A stretch of DNA of 64,000 bases from Clostridia bacterium. Its GTDB lineage: Bacteria; Bacillota; Clostridia; UBA1381; UMGS1253. Under the pieces are notes generated by a model, which saw only the letters and a program-made list of their open reading frames with translations, made no database searches and had not been told where the DNA came from. Position 1 is the stretch's first letter. Every line of letters starts with the position of its first letter. The position numbers and the translations under genes are program-made. Positions 54,094 through 62,976 of the stretch are shown here, in pieces. The stretch is taken from NCBI GenBank assembly GCA_045537695.1, contig JAZSQB010000069.1, positions 4,730 through 68,729 on the forward strand, written 5' to 3'.

Positions 54094-57000
54094 TTACAGT
54101 ACTTCCGGTGCCGCTAATATACGCATGGTGAAGAAAGATTCTAACAGCATCACCTGTGCCTCATCAAATTCCACATTCGGCAAAAGAGATTCTACGCTCT
54201 CTTCTCCATTATACGATGTAATTTCCACGCCACACTGTGCCCCATCTTTATACAGAACGACGATCAGATAGCCGCTCTTCGCCGCACCGCCTGTAACATT
54301 GGTTGTAAACTTCCAGTTCTCGCCTGCTACTGCATACACCGTCTCCGTTGAAGTCTGCACATTTGGACTCACATATCTATAGCCGATTGCCTCCAGCTCA
54401 TTGATGGAGTATCTTTCCGTATAGCCATCTGTACTGCGTACGCACATACAAATGGCATTGACCGGTTCCGGACAGTCAATTTTAAGCTCATTTACACGCA
54501 CGCCACCCCGCAGTGTACCTTCCTCCAGATTTGCCATTGTGCCGAGTTCAATCCACTCTCCTGCTGCATTTTTGCCCGTAAAGGTTGCTGTTTCCATAAC
54601 CGAGCCAGCTGCATCTCTTTTATCGTAAAGCTTAAAGCTCTCGATAATAGTCAACGCACCAAGTTCCAATGTATAGGTAACATCCGTCAGTGTCCTGCTT
54701 TGGGTTGCACAATATGTGCTTGCACTGCCGTCCGTCATCTCCAGCGCTGGATGGTCTCTATGCAACGCTGTGTTCACAGTCGGGATAACGCCGCCAAGCA
54801 CATTATCTCTTGCAAATTCCGTTGTATTCTCTATGTAGTTGAAGGTATACGTCTTGCCATCGAGTGTAAAGCTGGATGCATCTGCGGTCTTGGTTACCGT
54901 CGCGGCGTCGCTTACGCTTACCTTCGGCTTTGCATTGTTGTACGGAATATAGTAGGTATCTCTGTCTGTTGTAAACGCGGCAAAGTCCTTACCGTCGATA
55001 TACACGCGCGTTTTAAGTTCCTTGGCAATGGCTGCATTGGTTGCTGCGCCGTAATTTACCGCTGTGTCAGAAAATACAATCAAACCGTTTTCCGTATCTG
55101 TATATAGCTGCATACCGAGCGCAGCTGCCAGTTTGTCTGCCGGTGCATATACCACACCGTTTATGGTGGTTAAACCGGACGTTACTGTATTGGTCGCGCC
55201 GTTTCTTGTTACGCTGACGCTACTTTCCGATACTGTAGATTTGGCAAAAATGCTATCTGCCACGAATTTTGCCGGCACCATATACTTACCGCTTTGCAAT
55301 ACCGGTACAATATTTGTATTTGAAGCATCAATGAGCTTCTTTTCTTCCAAAACGAGGGCATTCGGACTATTTTCCATCAGCGCGATAGCATAACCTGCCT
55401 GACGCGCTACGCTGATGGTATTATCCGAAACGCTCCACTCGCCAATCGGTTTTACCTCGCTAAACTGTGTCGGTACGGTTTCGCCCTTCTCAATCGGGAT
55501 AAACTCAACCGCCAGTGTCATTTCGCTCACGTTCGTCATATGAATTGCAAGCTTACGGAAGTTTCTGTAAGTTTCATCCGGCGCAGTAGGACTGGTAGAA
55601 AGTGGAAGCGCATCCATCACGGTAAATACCGCATCCTCCGGACCTGCAATAATTTTTACAAACATTTTTTCGCCGCCGACATTCAAAAGTGCGCCCTTGC
55701 CGTTCTCCACAAGAGATATAACAGCATCGGTATGGGCAAACCACCAAAGCTCGGACGGGAAGTTCATCGTTACCTCATCCTGCAAAATTACGCTGTTTCT
55801 GCCCTTTGTCATAAACATACCGCGCTTTGCGTCTGCAAAGTCTGCGTTGGTTTGCGTCATATCCAGTACGGTATACGCTTCATTTTCCGCTTCGCCGTGA
55901 TCAATAAAACGCGCTACTGCAGTCGTTACCTGGTCAAAGCCTTCACCCGGATTGGCAATCAGCGTATTCTGGCCTTCGGCACGTTCGTTATAATACATAT
56001 ATGTCGGATAATTTGCCGAATAGTTACTTCTGCCGATGGTGCGGATAAAACGCTTACCATTAGCATCAATTACAAATGTACCTAATGACTTAAACATATG
56101 TCCCGTTGCATTGTCACCGCCCTGCATTGCGGCATAAAGTGCATCGTTTGCCGTCCAAGAAGAACGCATGGATGCAATCTGCGCTGTATCAGATGCATTA
56201 AAGGTTTTATCGAGAGGCATACCGCTGTTATAGCTTTCAAAGCTCGGGTTATACCACGGAATTGAAAAATATGGCCTATCAGCATCTGTGCTTGTTTTTG
56301 CTAAAATATGCTTCGCATACCAGCTGTGGAACGGTGTGTTGTTTTTCTGTGCATGCCAAAAAATTACCGATGTTGCATCCAAATCCGACGACGAATCACC
56401 AAAGTCAAATTTTCCCGTCGTACCAGAGCCGTATGCCCAGTAATCCAGCGTGTTTTTCAAAGCCTCATTGTCAAAATACCACTGCGCAGCATCCGGAAGT
56501 GTATATCCCTCTACCACCGCAGACTGCATACTGCTCAGGAACGGCGTAATCGTACGCATTGGATAAGACCAGTACGACACACCCTCCGGGTACGCACCGT
56601 CAGTGGCATACGCATTGGTCGGTTCCTGCATACATTCTAATGCACGATCAATCAAATACTGTGCAAGCTGCGGATACTCATCCGCAACCGCAAGTGCAAG
56701 CAATCCCGCTGCCGAATTGGCTACGGTTGTTCTGTTGGATTTGCCATTTGCAATTTCCACGTTGATCACACCGTCATACGAACGTACAAACTGCCAGAGT
56801 GCCTGCTTCTTTATAATATCCATCAATTCTGTTTTGATTTCAGCCGTCATGGTCGGCGAATTATAGCACCAGTCGTAGAAGCACGCAAAACCAAGCATAA
56901 TTTCAGAAGGAATAATCGGCACATTGTTCGACCAGTCCGGGAAGGTGCTTGCGTTGCGCAATTCTTCAATACCACGCTCTACATATTTTTCATCCTGCTC

Positions 57001-58605
57001 CACAAGATACGCAAAACCGAGCTGCTCTAAACGTTCACCAATGCCGCGCGCAACATCCAAAATGTTTCTGCCGTTGCCGTAATTGTACGTATACAGATCG
57101 GCTGTCAGTGCCTTGTCTGCCGCAGCTTTTAAGCTTGTATACCACGCCTGGCTCTGCGGGTCACTGTTAATTTGTTCTACCAGTGCTGCGCGATCGTTAA
57201 TCATCAAACGCGGATGCTGACGAAGCTTGTTAACTAAGCTATTATCCGTAGGCACGGTATCCGTTGCAACGAGCGACCAGGTAGTACCGGTGATGCCGTA
57301 GTATTTTACGTTTGTAAGCTTCGGCTCTGCATCCTGATACATCACAAAGTTATCCAAAAGAATCGTATCTGACGTTAAAAGCTTACCGTATACATACACC
57401 GAGACTTCGTATGTATCTTCCGGCATAGCCGCTTTAAAGGCTAAATCGCTCACGGCCAGTGTATCGTTTACATAAACATTTAATCGCTGATTCTGAATAT
57501 CAAAGGTTGCTTTAATTTTATTCCAGCTGTCCGCTACGGCACCCTGTGATGTCTCCGAAACGACCGCATCCTCAGAGGTCACCAAAATATTGTTGTCTTT
57601 ATCACGAAGCTCTACATACATTGCAGAGTCAGAAAGCACGGCATAATACTCCGTTGTAAGCTCCTGCACTTCCGTACCGACCGCTAATTTCTTTTGCAGA
57701 TAAGGCGTCTGCGTAATTTTCGTATTATTGGTCATACGGATGATTTTACCGTTATTGCTTGTATCCGCATTCAAAACGGCCTGCGACGCACCGCTGTCTC
57801 TCGTCCAAAGCGCATCTGTACCGCTGCCAATACCATTGCTTGCGTTGAGCGTACAGTCGTAGGTAAACATAAGGTACTTGCCGGTCGGCACGCTCGTTGC
57901 CGGCGCATGCGGGTACGACAAATACGGCTCCATAATCTCTTCCTGTGTGCGGAATGCAATGTTAATATTGTTACATTCTTCAACGTCGACCGGGCTTGTC
58001 GTTGTTACACGTACATCATCTAAATATGCCGCTTTGCCTGCTTCCTGCGAGGAAGCAAAACGCAATTGCAATGTAGAAATATTATTATACCCAATATCGC
58101 CCTCGGCATTTTTCACTTCATTTACATAGGTCACGTATTTTTTCGTCGCAAAATTAAGTTCAACCTTACAATCTGCCCATGTCCCTTCACTGCTTTGGTT
58201 CAAAAACAACTGATTGTTGACGTCCGCAAAACGAAGATATAAGCCCACATTTGCACTCTGCGTCTTTATCTTATAGCTCACTGTCATATTTGTCATGGTT
58301 TCATCAAAATAGAACGTCTTGAGCAGACGCGGAGTGCCAGAAGTGGTCGACGTATTGGAAAAATACGCAACTCTCCCCTGCGCCGTATCCTCCGCAATTT
58401 TGATTGTCGAGGTCCTCGACTCTGTACGTTCGGTCCACATGTTCACCGTGTTTGCCTTCGTCGGGATATTGTCACCTATAGCATCATTCTCAAAATTACT
58501 TTCAAACAGCACAGTCTCTGTTTCTGCTGCCTGCACGCCTATGCCGGCAAACCCAAACGGGCATGCAATACACAAGCACAAAAGCAATGCTAACATTTTT
58601 TTCAT
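54094..58605 (-). CDS. secreted multidomain heparinase II/III-family protein (polysaccharide lyase-like) with jelly-roll, stalk and discoidin-like modules
   Basis: Signal peptide MKKMLALLLCLCIACPFGFAG.. and two N-terminal about 190-aa beta-sandwich modules. Heparinase II/III-like core (..RQHPRLMI.., DGAYPEGVSYWSY, GHMFKSLGTFVIDANGKRF). Copper-amine-oxidase-N-like segment. F5/8-type-C-like segment ending ..INELEAIGY. Confidence 0.75.
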   Translation of the reverse strand: MKKMLALLLCLCIACPFGFAGIGVQAAETETVLFESNFENDAIGDNIPTKANTVNMWTERTESRTSTIKIAEDTAQGRVAYFSNTSTTSGTPRLLKTFYFDETMTNMTVSYKIKTQSANVGLYLRFADVNNQLFLNQSSEGTWADCKVELNFATKKYVTYVNEVKNAEGDIGYNNISTLQLRFASSQEAGKAAYLDDVRVTTTSPVDVEECNNINIAFRTQEEIMEPYLSYPHAPATSVPTGKYLMFTYDCTLNASNGIGSGTDALWTRDSGASQAVLNADTSNNGKIIRMTNNTKITQTPYLQKKLAVGTEVQELTTEYYAVLSDSAMYVELRDKDNNILVTSEDAVVSETSQGAVADSWNKIKATFDIQNQRLNVYVNDTLAVSDLAFKAAMPEDTYEVSVYVYGKLLTSDTILLDNFVMYQDAEPKLTNVKYYGITGTTWSLVATDTVPTDNSLVNKLRQHPRLMINDRAALVEQINSDPQSQAWYTSLKAAADKALTADLYTYNYGNGRNILDVARGIGERLEQLGFAYLVEQDEKYVERGIEELRNASTFPDWSNNVPIIPSEIMLGFACFYDWCYNSPTMTAEIKTELMDIIKKQALWQFVRSYDGVINVEIANGKSNRTTVANSAAGLLALAVADEYPQLAQYLIDRALECMQEPTNAYATDGAYPEGVSYWSYPMRTITPFLSSMQSAVVEGYTLPDAAQWYFDNEALKNTLDYWAYGSGTTGKFDFGDSSSDLDATSVIFWHAQKNNTPFHSWYAKHILAKTSTDADRPYFSIPWYNPSFESYNSGMPLDKTFNASDTAQIASMRSSWTANDALYAAMQGGDNATGHMFKSLGTFVIDANGKRFIRTIGRSNYSANYPTYMYYNERAEGQNTLIANPGEGFDQVTTAVARFIDHGEAENEAYTVLDMTQTNADFADAKRGMFMTKGRNSVILQDEVTMNFPSELWWFAHTDAVISLVENGKGALLNVGGEKMFVKIIAGPEDAVFTVMDALPLSTSPTAPDETYRNFRKLAIHMTNVSEMTLAVEFIPIEKGETVPTQFSEVKPIGEWSVSDNTISVARQAGYAIALMENSPNALVLEEKKLIDASNTNIVPVLQSGKYMVPAKFVADSIFAKSTVSESSVSVTRNGATNTVTSGLTTINGVVYAPADKLAAALGMQLYTDTENGLIVFSDTAVNYGAATNAAIAKELKTRVYIDGKDFAAFTTDRDTYYIPYNNAKPKVSVSDAATVTKTADASSFTLDGKTYTFNYIENTTEFARDNVLGGVIPTVNTALHRDHPALEMTDGSASTYCATQSRTLTDVTYTLELGALTIIESFKLYDKRDAAGSVMETATFTGKNAAGEWIELGTMANLEEGTLRGGVRVNELKIDCPEPVNAICMCVRSTDGYTERYSINELEAIGYRYVSPNVQTSTETVYAVAGENWKFTTNVTGGAAKSGYLIVVLYKDGAQCGVEITSYNGEESVESLLPNVEFDEAQVMLLESFFTMRILAAPEVL

Positions 58606-58717
58606 TTTTCGTTCTCCTTCTCATGTCATTTTCCGTTTTTTTTTGCAACACACACTTTGTATTATTACAAAAACATTACATATATTGTTAGTATACCAAA
58701 TCAATGCGTCTATGTCA

Positions 58718-58747
58718 ACAAAAAAGGACGGATTTTTTAACCGTCCT
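58718..58747 (-). terminator. rho-independent terminator ending the T-box operon
   Basis: AGGACGG (58725-58731) pairs with CCGTCCT (58741-58747). TTTTTTGTT follows on the minus strand. Confidence 0.85.
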
Positions 58748-58764
58748 ATATCTTATTTATTAAA

Positions 58765-61224
58765 TTATTTCTTCAAACCAAGCATCTCTACGCTTTCATC
58801 GCGCATCTTGTACTTCAAAATCTTACCTGCCGCATTCATCGGGAATTCCTTGACAAACACGAAGTAGCGCGGCACCTTATGGCGCGCAATAGATGCGTTG
58901 CCGTATTCGCGCATTTCGTTTTCGTCCGCTTCCTCGCCTTTATGCAGAATAATCCACGCGCAGCACTCTTCGCCGTAGCGCTCATCCGGCACGCCGACCA
59001 CCTGCACATCCCTTACCTTCGGATGCGTTAGATAAAACTCCTCAATTTCTCTCGGGTAGAGGTTTTCGTCATCGCGGATAATCATATCCTTGAGACGACC
59101 GGTTACCTTATAGTAGCCGTCCGGCGTGCGACAGCAGATATCGCCCGAATGGAGCCAACCGTCCGCATCAATCGTCTGCGCCGTTGCTTCCGGCATTTTG
59201 TAGTAGCCCTTCATAATGTTAAAGCCGCGTGCAACAAATTCGCCGCTCTCGCCATCCGGCAGTTCTTCCCCTGTTTCCGGGTCAATGACCTTACATTCCA
59301 CGCCTGGAAACGGCGAACCCACCGTTTCTACACGGTGGTCAATATCTTCATTGACTTCGCCCATCGTGCAGCCCGGCGAAGCCTCAGTCTGCCCGTATAC
59401 AGAGATAATCTCACGCATATTCATTTCATCTGCCGCACGGCGCATCAAATCCGCAGGACAGTTTGCGCCTGCCATAATACCCGTACGCATATATGAAAAG
59501 TCCGTCTTTGCAAAATCCGCGTGGTTAAACATCGCAATAAACATCGTCGGTACGCCGTTAAAGCACGTAATGTGCTCATCGTTAACGCACGCGAGCGACG
59601 ATTTCGGCGAGAAATACGGCATCGGGCACAGTGTGCCGCCGTGCGTCATCGTCGAGGTCATGGAAAGCACCATACCGAAGCAATGAAACATCGGCACCTG
59701 AATCATCATACGATCCGCCGTGGATAAATCCATACGGTCGCCAATGGTTTTACCGTTGTTGACAATATTTCTGTGCGTCAGCATAACGCCTTTCGGAAAA
59801 CCGGTTGTACCGGAGGTATACTGCATGTTGCACACATCATCCGGCTTTACGAGGGATGCGCGGCGGCGCACTTCTTCCTGTGGAACAAAATTGCTTCGCT
59901 CCAGCATTTTTTCCCAGGTAAGACAGCCGTCCATCTCAAACCCAACCGTTACGACATTGCGCAAGAACGGCAGATTCTTCGAATACAGCGGCTCACCCGG
60001 CTTGAGGCTTTTCAGCTCCGGACAAAGCTCTTCAATAATTTCTTTATAGTTGATATCCTTGCAATCCTCAATCATCACAAGCGTATGCGTATCCGACTGC
60101 TTTAAAAGATACTCAATTTCGTGAATTTTGTAAGCGGTATTCACCGTAACCAGCACCGCACCGATTTTTGTGGTTGCCCAAAAGGTAATAAACCACGCCG
60201 GCACGTTGGTTGCCCAGATGGCAACATGGTCGCCCGCCTTTACGCCGAGCGAAATCAGCGCCGCTGCACACTCATCCACATCGCGGCGGAACTGCGCATA
60301 GGTACGTGTATAATCCAGGGTCGTATATTTAAATGCATACTGGTCCGGATACTTTTCCACCATTTTATCGAGCACATCCGAAAAAGTTGCCTCAATGACA
60401 TCGTACTTTTTCCAGACAAAGGTGCCCGTCTTATCGCGATTATAATAGGTGCGGTCGTATTCCTTCTTCGTGCGCGACAGATTTGCAATGTAGTTTGCAA
60501 AATGCGTCAGCACAATATCCGCATCCTGAATTTCTTCATTCCATGCCACGCAGATATAGCCATCGAAATTGAGCGAAGACAGCGCGTTGATTACGTTGGT
60601 CACCGGCAATTCACCCTCGCCAATGAGCACCTTTTTGCCGTCCTTCATATCGCCAAGGCGCACATATTTAATGTATGCACCCAAGGTCTTGATGGTTGTA
60701 TCCGCACTTTCACCGGCGTTAAAATACGTTTCTCTCGTATTCCAGGCTACGCCGATGGCTGCCGAAGAAAAGAAATTGATTAAATCAATCACGTTCTCCG
60801 TTTCCGCAAGATAGCCTGCCGTTTCAAATAAAATCTGCACATCCGCAGCTTCCGCACGACGAATTGCCGCCATCAGCTTCGAGGCGAGCACTGCCGTGTC
60901 CGTTTTTTCCATAATGCGCACAATCACGCGCTCCACGCCGGCATTTCTTGCCATATCCACATATTTTACAAGCGCTTCTTCCGTCGCCTGCTCACTCTCT
61001 ACGGCATACGGATAGCGCAGTGCGGAAACCGCCAAGCCGCGGTTAAATAGCTTGCGCTTTGCGTCCGCATTGCGGTCACTTCTTAAAATACTATCGTAAT
61101 GCTGTTTTCTCTCTGCAACTGCATCATAGATTTCAAAACCGGCATAGCCATAGTCATAGGCGTAACGGCACGTATCCAGAAAGGAAGGTCTGTTTACGTT
61201 TTTCGTTGAAAATATCAGCTTCAT
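58765..61224 (-). CDS. fusion protein: xylose-isomerase-like TIM barrel (sugar phosphate isomerase/epimerase family) + AMP-forming acyl-CoA synthetase
   Basis: aa 1 to about 245 are TIM-barrel-like (..GFEIYD.., ..ILFETAG.., ..YVRLGD..). aa about 265-819 are the adenylate-forming enzyme (YTSGTTGFPKGVMLTHRN, VYGQTEASP, SGDICCRTPDGYYKVTGRLKD). Confidence 0.8.
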   Translation of the reverse strand: MKLIFSTKNVNRPSFLDTCRYAYDYGYAGFEIYDAVAERKQHYDSILRSDRNADAKRKLFNRGLAVSALRYPYAVESEQATEEALVKYVDMARNAGVERVIVRIMEKTDTAVLASKLMAAIRRAEAADVQILFETAGYLAETENVIDLINFFSSAAIGVAWNTRETYFNAGESADTTIKTLGAYIKYVRLGDMKDGKKVLIGEGELPVTNVINALSSLNFDGYICVAWNEEIQDADIVLTHFANYIANLSRTKKEYDRTYYNRDKTGTFVWKKYDVIEATFSDVLDKMVEKYPDQYAFKYTTLDYTRTYAQFRRDVDECAAALISLGVKAGDHVAIWATNVPAWFITFWATTKIGAVLVTVNTAYKIHEIEYLLKQSDTHTLVMIEDCKDINYKEIIEELCPELKSLKPGEPLYSKNLPFLRNVVTVGFEMDGCLTWEKMLERSNFVPQEEVRRRASLVKPDDVCNMQYTSGTTGFPKGVMLTHRNIVNNGKTIGDRMDLSTADRMMIQVPMFHCFGMVLSMTSTMTHGGTLCPMPYFSPKSSLACVNDEHITCFNGVPTMFIAMFNHADFAKTDFSYMRTGIMAGANCPADLMRRAADEMNMREIISVYGQTEASPGCTMGEVNEDIDHRVETVGSPFPGVECKVIDPETGEELPDGESGEFVARGFNIMKGYYKMPEATAQTIDADGWLHSGDICCRTPDGYYKVTGRLKDMIIRDDENLYPREIEEFYLTHPKVRDVQVVGVPDERYGEECCAWIILHKGEEADENEMREYGNASIARHKVPRYFVFVKEFPMNAAGKILKYKMRDESVEMLGLKK

Positions 61225-61226
61225 CC

Positions 61227-62615
61227 TTACGCCTCCTCAAATACAATCTTGTTGAGCGCATTGATATAGGCTCTGATACTGGCAGCCACGATGTCTGTCG
61301 AGCTACCGTTGCCGGAATAAAGCTTGCCACCCACGCGCAGCTTCACAAGCGCAGAACCGAGCGCCTCTTTACCGTCGGTCACGGACTGAATCTGGAAATC
61401 ATCCAGCTCATAGTGATAGCCGATGCTCTGCTCAATCGCACGGAATACCGAGTCAATCGGACCGTCCCCCGTGCTGACACCACACAGAATTTCATCGCCG
61501 CAACGCAATGTCACCTGCGACATCGCCGTGGTTAAATTGCCGCAGCTGGTCGAATAGCTCTCAAAATGATAGGTCGACGGTGCCTGCATCGCTGTACTTG
61601 CAATCAAGGCTTCAAACTCTTTTGCGCCCACGGTGCCCTTCTTTTCGCAAACCTGCATCAGGGCTTTATGCACCTTGCCGTTATCTTCATCGGACAAATC
61701 ATAACCGAGCACACCGGCAGCATGTGCCACATCGGAAAGTGTGCTGTCCTCATCGAGTAAAATCTTCTTCTTTTCGCTGACAACACTCACGCTGTCATAG
61801 CCCTCGTGCTGAATTTTTGTAAGCAAATCCGCAATACTTGCGTGGATTTTTGTATTGACCAAAGATACGCTTGCGCCAACATCTTCCCCGCGCGCAGAAA
61901 CTGCGTTGGAAAGCTCGCCCATCGAGAGCACATCATCGCCAACCATTGCGCACTTAAGACCGTCCGCACCGGCGCCAACTGCCGAAAATGCCGCAGCCAC
62001 TGCCATACCGATGTGCGTGGAAACCTGCACATAAACCGGTACATCCACTTCTTTTTTAAGCGCTTCTACCAGGGTTGCAATTTCCGCCGGCAACGATACG
62101 CCAGCATCATCGCAAACCGTAACCAAGGTCGCACCGTTCTCTACTGCCATTTTTGCTGCCTGCACAAGGAATTCCAAATCTGCACGTGTTGCATCCAATG
62201 CCGCAAATTCCACATCTGCGCAAAGCGCTTTCGCCGCCTGCGTCAGTTCCGCAATTTTGGCAAGCATTTTATCGGACTTAACGTGGTAGGTATACTCCAT
62301 CTGTACCGTCGAGGTCGGCACTTCCACCTGCAGTCTCGGCTTTGCCGCTTCGCGGATGCATTCCCATGCGTTGCTCACTTCTGCCGCCGAAAAACCGACC
62401 GGCAAAGCCAGCACACTGTTTTTCACATTCGCCGCAATCGTTTTATATATAATGGTGTCTTCGCGCACATTCTTAAGCGGTGCAAGCTCAATGGCATCCA
62501 CGCCCAAGCCGTCTGCGCACGCTGCAATCGCCGTTTTTTCGCGAAACAAAAGCGAAACCTCGCGATCCTGCGCCAGCTTTTTTAATGTGATATCGGTTAC
62601 ATTGATTTTTTTCAT
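61227..62615 (-). CDS. LeuA-like protein (HMGL-like barrel with degenerate catalytic motifs + LeuA allosteric/dimerisation domain)
   Basis: Starts MKKINVTDITLKKLAQD (canonical DTTLRDGEQ lost). STH replaces the HxH metal site. C-terminal ..GDGPIDSVFRAIEQ..LVKLRVGGKLYSGNGSSTDIVAASIRAYINALN is the LeuA_dimer type. The upstream 80 codons of the track ORF overlap the T-box and are rejected. Confidence 0.75.
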   Translation of the reverse strand: MKKINVTDITLKKLAQDREVSLLFREKTAIAACADGLGVDAIELAPLKNVREDTIIYKTIAANVKNSVLALPVGFSAAEVSNAWECIREAAKPRLQVEVPTSTVQMEYTYHVKSDKMLAKIAELTQAAKALCADVEFAALDATRADLEFLVQAAKMAVENGATLVTVCDDAGVSLPAEIATLVEALKKEVDVPVYVQVSTHIGMAVAAAFSAVGAGADGLKCAMVGDDVLSMGELSNAVSARGEDVGASVSLVNTKIHASIADLLTKIQHEGYDSVSVVSEKKKILLDEDSTLSDVAHAAGVLGYDLSDEDNGKVHKALMQVCEKKGTVGAKEFEALIASTAMQAPSTYHFESYSTSCGNLTTAMSQVTLRCGDEILCGVSTGDGPIDSVFRAIEQSIGYHYELDDFQIQSVTDGKEALGSALVKLRVGGKLYSGNGSSTDIVAASIRAYINALNKIVFEEA

Positions 62616-62644
62616 TTCAAAAAATCCCCTTCCTTGAGACTGTT

Positions 62645-62912
62645 GCAAAAAAAATGCCTTCGTCTCTTTGATTTTTGAAAGAGACGAAAGCGTCAAATTC
62701 TCACTTAACCTTCCGCGGTACCACTCTTCTTCATCCAACGGATGCCCTTTCGATGCAAACACATCTTGACTCTGTAACGGGAGTGCCCGTCTGCCCTTAC
62801 GCACCATAGGTTTCACGGCAGCTGCTCCGCGGTGAGTTCTGCAAATCTTTCCCAATGCCTCGCAGCAACCGGCATCTCTCTCCAGGCGAAAGGATTCTGC
62901 GTACTATTCCGC
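62645..62912 (-). promoter_or_regulatory. T-box riboswitch leader, specifier CUC (Leu)
   Basis: On the minus strand: AGAGAG box, then the specifier loop GAA-CUC-A (codon at 62836-62834). T-box sequence GUGGUACCGCG (complement of 62713-62725), with UGGU bulge matching an ACCA tRNA end. Terminator CUUUCGUCUCUUU..AAAGAGACGAAGG plus U8 (62645-62692). Confidence 0.85.
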
Positions 62913-62940
62913 ATCAATGCATTTTTATAACATTAGATTT

Positions 62941-62969
62941 AATATAGCATATTTCCCGCACGTTGTCAA
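62941..62969 (-). promoter_or_regulatory. sigma-70-type promoter of the T-box operon
   Basis: Minus strand TTGACA (62969-62964), 17 nt, TATATT (62946-62941). Confidence 0.65.
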
Positions 62970-62976
62970 GCTTTTT

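Noticed and set aside
62616-62855. 80-codon N-terminal extension of the LeuA-like ORF.
   Set aside because: This segment is the T-box leader, including its terminator. The real start is the ATG at 62615, preceded by GGAAGGGGA.
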